The translations under genes were made by a program, and so were the position numbers. A stretch of DNA of 64,000 nucleotides from positions 1 to 64,000 of the forward strand of contig JANRJK010000031.1 of the NCBI GenBank assembly GCA_033764015.1, given 5' to 3'. Numbering within the stretch: the stretch's first letter is position 1; each line of letters begins with the position of its first letter. The notes below the pieces were generated by a model. It did no database searches. It had not been told where the DNA came from and saw only the letters and a list, made by a program, of their open reading frames with translations. The stretch is from Candidatus Sumerlaeia bacterium. Lineage in GTDB: Bacteria > Sumerlaeota > Sumerlaeia > SLMS01 > JANRJK01. Positions 59,853-64,000 of the stretch are shown here, in pieces.

Positions 59853-61019
59853 CTACTGCCGCACGTTCATTTCCTCGTACTTCAGGTTCACTTCCTTCAC
59901 CGGCACCTTCTCCTTCTGGTCCGCGGGGCGGGGCGGGAGCGTGATCGTCACTTCGAGCGTCGTCGCGTCCTTGCGCAGCACCGAGACGCCGTCGGTGTCG
60001 TGCTCGCGCACCTCGGCTCCGGCGGGGATCCGTTCGACGACGCGGACCGTCGCCGGCGCGTCCTTGAAGTTCTCCACCTCGTAGCGCAGGTGCACGTGGC
60101 GGTCCGCCAGCACCGGGCGGCGCTGGTTGTTCGTGCGCTTCACCTCCTGCTCGTCGCGCATGATGCGGCGCTTCAGGAGCACGTCGCGCACGGTGCCGAG
60201 CGCCAGCTCCGCCTTCTCCTGCACCGCCGTCTCGGGCAGGTTGTCTTCGCCGAGGAAGATCGTGCTGCCGTCCGGGTCCTCGGCGAAGATGCGGGCCTTG
60301 CCGGGATCGAGCTTGAATCCGCCGAGCTTCTTCGCGGCCGAGTTCTCGATCTCGTAGACCATCGAGATCGCCTCGCCGTCGTCGCCGCGCTGCGAGTAGG
60401 GGTCGGGGCGGGCGATGAACAGCTTCGTGACCGGCAGGTCCGCCGCCTCGAGGGCGAGGAACCGGCGCGTTTCGCCGCTGTCGACGGAGCGCTGGAGGTC
60501 CTGCGGGTTCTGCGCGATGCGGAAGGCGGCGTTGTCCAGGTCCTCGCCGCTCTGGTTCGTCATCTGGAAGTACTGGCGGAAGAGGCCCTTCGTCTCCGCG
60601 GCGTCCACCGTCAGGTCGTACTGGTGGGCGCGGCTGATGCCGCTGAGCAGGTACACCACGCGGATGCGCTCGGTGCGCGCGGCGGGCGAGTAGAGCTGCC
60701 AGGTGAGCGCCTGCTCGCCGGGGGGGAAGGCGACGCTGATGATCTTGGTGGCGTCGGGGCCTTCGCCGGGATGGTCGAGCAGGAAGAGGCGGATCGAGGA
60801 GGGGTCGATGGCGACGCCCTGCCAACTGAAGTCGATCTGGTTCGCGCCCTGCTGGAGGGTGAGTTCGCGCTCCTCGCTGAGGAGGCTCTGGTAGGGGTGC
60901 TCCAGGCTGGCGAGCAGCTTGGCGCGGTCCGGCAGCGTGACGAGCTTGGTGCGCGCGTCCGCGGGGGCGGAGGCGGCGACCAGGGCGGCGGCGCAAAGCG
61001 CGGTGGCGAGGATCTTCAT
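59853..61019 (-). CDS. Secreted DUF4139-like protein, paralogue 2
   Basis: Signal peptide; LVTLPDR, GANQIDFSW, TNQSGEDL, FLGED, VENFK. Confidence 0.75.
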   Translation of the reverse strand: MKILATALCAAALVAASAPADARTKLVTLPDRAKLLASLEHPYQSLLSEERELTLQQGANQIDFSWQGVAIDPSSIRLFLLDHPGEGPDATKIISVAFPPGEQALTWQLYSPAARTERIRVVYLLSGISRAHQYDLTVDAAETKGLFRQYFQMTNQSGEDLDNAAFRIAQNPQDLQRSVDSGETRRFLALEAADLPVTKLFIARPDPYSQRGDDGEAISMVYEIENSAAKKLGGFKLDPGKARIFAEDPDGSTIFLGEDNLPETAVQEKAELALGTVRDVLLKRRIMRDEQEVKRTNNQRRPVLADRHVHLRYEVENFKDAPATVRVVERIPAGAEVREHDTDGVSVLRKDATTLEVTITLPPRPADQKEKVPVKEVNLKYEEMNVRQ

Positions 61020-61024
61020 GGGTG

Positions 61025-62395
61025 TCACCTCCAGGTGGCGGCGGGGGGCGTGGTGCGGGTGCGCGAGCCGTGCCGCTCGTACACCTTGTAGTCGATCGTC
61101 GTCGTCGCGAGCGCCGGCAGCGCCAGCTCCCACTCCGCGCGCTCGCGGTCGATCTGCTTGAACGCCGTCGAGCTGTCGCGCAGCTCCCAGTCGCCCTGGC
61201 CGAAGTTGAGCCGCGTCTTCATCGGCACCGGCCGCGTCCGCGAGTTCCGGAACTCGAGCTGGTACGTCGAGACCGTGTCCCAGCCGGTGATGTCGCCGTT
61301 GTTGTTGTATTCGAACTCGACCGTTTCCGTCTTCATCAGCTTGGGCTCGACGAGGATCGTGCCGTCCGCGCCGAGGTTGAGTTCGATGTCCTCGCCGACC
61401 GGCGAGTACTTGATCGAGGTGCTGCCGTGGAAGCGGAGGCCGCCGCGCCCGTCGTCGCCGTAGGCGTAGACCGCGCCCTCGGGGAGCGGCGTCTCGCCCA
61501 GCTTGTGCTCCGTGGTGTTCTTGAACTTGTAGAACTTCACCACGCCTTCGCCGTACTTCTCCGGCTGGTACTCGTAGGACAGGTCGAACTTGATGCCGTC
61601 CACGCGGGGGTTGGGGAGTTGCTTGCCCCACCCCGTCTCGAGGTCCTCGGTGCCTTCGATGCTGTAGAGGTAGTACTCGCTGACGGCCTTCTTGATGATC
61701 GCCTTCGCTTCCTGGGCGTCGAAGGCGTTCATGGCGCGGCCGACGGCCATCGGCGCCGAGGCCGGCATCTCGAGCATCTCCTTGGCGAAGTCCCGGCGAG
61801 CGCGCAGCATGTCGCCCTCTTCGCGCGGGATGAAGCCGCGGCGCGCGAGTTCGGCGATCGCCTCGACCAGGTTCACCTCCCCGACCACCAGGCGCGTGTT
61901 GGCGTTGGCGAAGTCCTCGCCCGAGTTATTGGTGATGGTGAAGTCCGGTTCCAGGCGCAGCGCCGTTTCGTCCGCGTTCGCGATCAGCGTGTAGTCCGCG
62001 CGCCAAGTGAGGCCCGAGGCGAAGCAGGTGATCTCGACCTTCGCCTTCCCTCCCTTCGCCGCCTCGATGTTCCAGACGATGGTGTTCTGGGAGTTGGCGG
62101 GATAGGAGGCGTCGAGGACGGTGAAGTCGCGCGTGTTGTCGACCACGCGGATCTGGAGCGAGGTCGGGTCGATGAGCGTGTTCGCCCAGGAGAACTGGAT
62201 CTGGTTGGCGCCTTGCGAGAACGTGAGTTCGCGGACCTCGCGGACGAGCGTGAGGTCCTCCGCCTTGTAGATGGTGAGCTGCGTGCTGTCGCGCTGCGGA
62301 AGCGTGACGAGGTCGATCTTGGCGTGGGCGGTTGCCGCCGCGATCAGCGCCAAAGCCGCGGCGAGCGCGCGCGGCGCTGCGGGTCGTCTGGTCAT
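61025..62395 (-). CDS. Secreted DUF4139-like protein, paralogue 1
   Basis: Signal peptide; LVTLPQR, GANQIQFSW, GLTWRADY, TNNSGEDF, LGETPLPEG. Confidence 0.8.
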   Translation of the reverse strand: MTRRPAAPRALAAALALIAAATAHAKIDLVTLPQRDSTQLTIYKAEDLTLVREVRELTFSQGANQIQFSWANTLIDPTSLQIRVVDNTRDFTVLDASYPANSQNTIVWNIEAAKGGKAKVEITCFASGLTWRADYTLIANADETALRLEPDFTITNNSGEDFANANTRLVVGEVNLVEAIAELARRGFIPREEGDMLRARRDFAKEMLEMPASAPMAVGRAMNAFDAQEAKAIIKKAVSEYYLYSIEGTEDLETGWGKQLPNPRVDGIKFDLSYEYQPEKYGEGVVKFYKFKNTTEHKLGETPLPEGAVYAYGDDGRGGLRFHGSTSIKYSPVGEDIELNLGADGTILVEPKLMKTETVEFEYNNNGDITGWDTVSTYQLEFRNSRTRPVPMKTRLNFGQGDWELRDSSTAFKQIDRERAEWELALPALATTTIDYKVYERHGSRTRTTPPAATWR

Positions 62396-62525
62396 GTTGG
62401 TCTCCGGGCCGGCGATCCGATGCCCCGGTTGTGTTGGCGCCGGCGTCTGTGGAGAGGAGGCTGCGGCGCCTCCCGCGGTTTGGTCAAAGACAGCCGATAA
62501 ACGAGTCTCGGCCATCCGCCGCGGT

Positions 62526-62674
62526 GGGTAAGCCCCGCGACGGCGTGGCGTGTAGGGGTTTACCCCAATCACCCCCGCAATGGAGGAGGGTTGCCGCTGC
62601 ATCAGTTAAGACAACTAATTTTATTAGATTTAAAATCGGATCGGATTCCGCGCCGCTTTGGTTCGGCCCTTGCT
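62526..62674 (+). promoter_or_regulatory. Candidate sigma54 promoter with paired upstream activator boxes and an AT-rich spacer
   Basis: TGG-TT-CG-GCCC-TTGCT with GG at 62660-61 and GC at 62672-73 (N10); inverted pair GGGTAAGCCCC (62526-36) / GGGGTTTACCC (62555-65); AT-rich tract ~62604-62636. Confidence 0.55.
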
Positions 62675-62685
62675 GCATAGCTATT

Positions 62686-62772
62686 GGAAGCTGCGCTGCA
62701 AGGCGCGGACAGGCTTTCGCCCCTTCCCCTGAACAACCAAGCGCCGGGCCCCCCCCCGGCGCTTTTCTTTTT
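62686..62772 (+). ncRNA. Candidate ~87-nt small regulatory RNA
   Basis: Begins at the predicted sigma54 start; 5' stem-loop (GGAAGC/GCTTTC enclosing CTGCGC/GCGCGG); CU-rich linker; intrinsic terminator; no convincing ORF. Confidence 0.5.
62739..62772 (+). terminator. Strong Rho-independent terminator
   Basis: AAGCGCCGGG-C6-CCCGGCGCTT followed by TTCTTTTT. Confidence 0.85.
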
Positions 62773-62807
62773 GCCCGCGCCCCCGCATGGGCAACGTTGT
62801 CCCCGCC

Positions 62808-63962
62808 ATGCTCGCCAGCGTCTTCACCCCCACGCACCACCCCGAGTGGCTCGCCGCCGCCGCCGAGTCGCTCCTCGCCCAGTCGCACCGCGATTGGGAG
62901 TGGATCGTCCTGCCCAACGGCACGGCGGCGCCGCCGCTGCCGGACGACCCGCGCATCCGCGTGCTCGGGGGCTTCGCGGAGCGCCGCGGCCTCCCCGTCG
63001 GCCAGCTCAAGCGCGCCTGCTGCGGCGCGGCGCTCGGCGCCGTCCTGGTCGAGCTGGACCACGACGACCTCCTGCACCCGGAGGCGCTCGCCGAGGTGGT
63101 GCGCGCGGTCGGGGGCGGCGCGGACTTCGTGTTCTCGAACTTCGCGGAGTTCCACGACATCGACGGCTCCCCGCGCCAGTACCCGGCGGACTCCGGTTGG
63201 CGCTACCGCGACCACGAAGGCCCCGACGGCCACCCCTACCGCGAGGCGCTCGCCTACCCGGCGGACCTGCCTTGGCTCTGCCACCGGACGCACCACCCGA
63301 ACCACATCCGCGCGTGGTCCGCCGAGGCGTACCGCCGGCTGGGCGGCCACGACCCCGCGCTGGCCCTGGCGGACGACTTCGATCTGCTGCTGCGCACCTA
63401 CGCGGCGGGCATGCGCATGGAGCACCTCGACCGCTGCCTCTACTACTACCGCTGGACCGGGGGCGGGAACACGTCGCTGGAGCGGCAGGCCGAGATCGCG
63501 AATAGCTTCTCCGGCGTTTACGCGCGCCACGCGCCGGCGCTTTACGCCGGGTTCTGCGCGCGGCACGGGCTCGACGCGCTGGAACTCGCCCCGGAGGAGG
63601 CCGCCGGCACCGGGCGCGCCCCCGGCTCCGCCGGCCTCGTCACGCTCCGCGGCTGGATCCGTGAACTGGGCGACCTCGCCGGGGCGCTGAACGAGTGCTG
63701 GCGGATCCTGGCGCCGGGAGGCGTGCTCCGGCTGGAGCCCCCCGCGGGCCCGCCCCCGCCGGCCCGCGCGCCGGAACCGTCGCGCGGCGCGTCGCCCGCG
63801 CTCCGCTGCGCCTTCAGCTCGATCAGCCTCGCCCGCGTGTACCCGACGCCGGCGCACCGCGCGCTCGGCGCCGCCTACCTGCGCGCCGACCTGTCCTGCG
63901 TGAAGCGCGGCCTCGCCCGGAACCACCCGGTCTGGGTGGAAGGCCCCGTGCCCGAGGGCTAG
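62808..63962 (+). CDS. Family 2 glycosyltransferase with a degenerate methyltransferase-like tail
   Basis: SVFTPTH, SLLAQSHRDWEWIV, ELDHDD, LADDFDLLLR; tail ALNECWRILAPGG. Confidence 0.85.
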   Translation: MLASVFTPTHHPEWLAAAAESLLAQSHRDWEWIVLPNGTAAPPLPDDPRIRVLGGFAERRGLPVGQLKRACCGAALGAVLVELDHDDLLHPEALAEVVRAVGGGADFVFSNFAEFHDIDGSPRQYPADSGWRYRDHEGPDGHPYREALAYPADLPWLCHRTHHPNHIRAWSAEAYRRLGGHDPALALADDFDLLLRTYAAGMRMEHLDRCLYYYRWTGGGNTSLERQAEIANSFSGVYARHAPALYAGFCARHGLDALELAPEEAAGTGRAPGSAGLVTLRGWIRELGDLAGALNECWRILAPGGVLRLEPPAGPPPPARAPEPSRGASPALRCAFSSISLARVYPTPAHRALGAAYLRADLSCVKRGLARNHPVWVEGPVPEG

Positions 63963-64000
63963 GCGAAGCGCCGCGCCACCTTGGCGATGATGTCCACGCC

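Noticed and set aside
62580..62790. 6S RNA, tmRNA, SRP RNA, RNase P or known riboswitch; short ORF MEEGCRCIS
   Set aside because: None of the diagnostic motifs were recognised and the short ORF lacks an RBS; the sigma54 sRNA model explains more of the sequence.

Overview
High-GC bacterial chromosomal window from a diderm (LpxL, LptD-like). The pilin with a C-terminal YDPTNGTxSxGDI motif, a secreted protein ending in SxVSDWQL and a Ser/Thr kinase with HRDLKPSQ resemble, from my recollection, Ca. Sumerlaeota (BRC1); this lineage call is inference. Most of the window is housekeeping and envelope genes in short mixed operons: lpxL-like, lptD-like, wzt, a GT-C-like and a GT2 glycosyltransferase, DegT aminotransferase, isolated nuoEF, a complete mrpA'CDEFG antiporter, lipA, ettA, pduO, two NtrC-type sigma54 activators, two histidine kinases, tRNA-Arg(TCT) and several secreted proteins. 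No transposase, integrase, CRISPR array or rRNA was seen. The best leads are: (1) an unannotated ~87-nt sRNA candidate at ~62686-62772 with a full sigma54 layout (paired upstream dyad boxes, AT-rich spacer, -24/-12 box, 5' stem, CU-rich single strand, intrinsic terminator); (2) a low-GC islet after lipA with a nucleoside-deoxyribosyltransferase(NDT)/TIR-like gene and a uracil-DNA-glycosylase-superfamily gene, a candidate anti-phage module; (3) a 34-codon in-frame deletion remnant of mrr; (4) candidate lineage-specific C-terminal motifs on exported proteins; (5) a kinase whose catalytic-loop Asn is replaced by Gln. Start codons were chosen by eye. Product calls come from motif recognition, not database searches.
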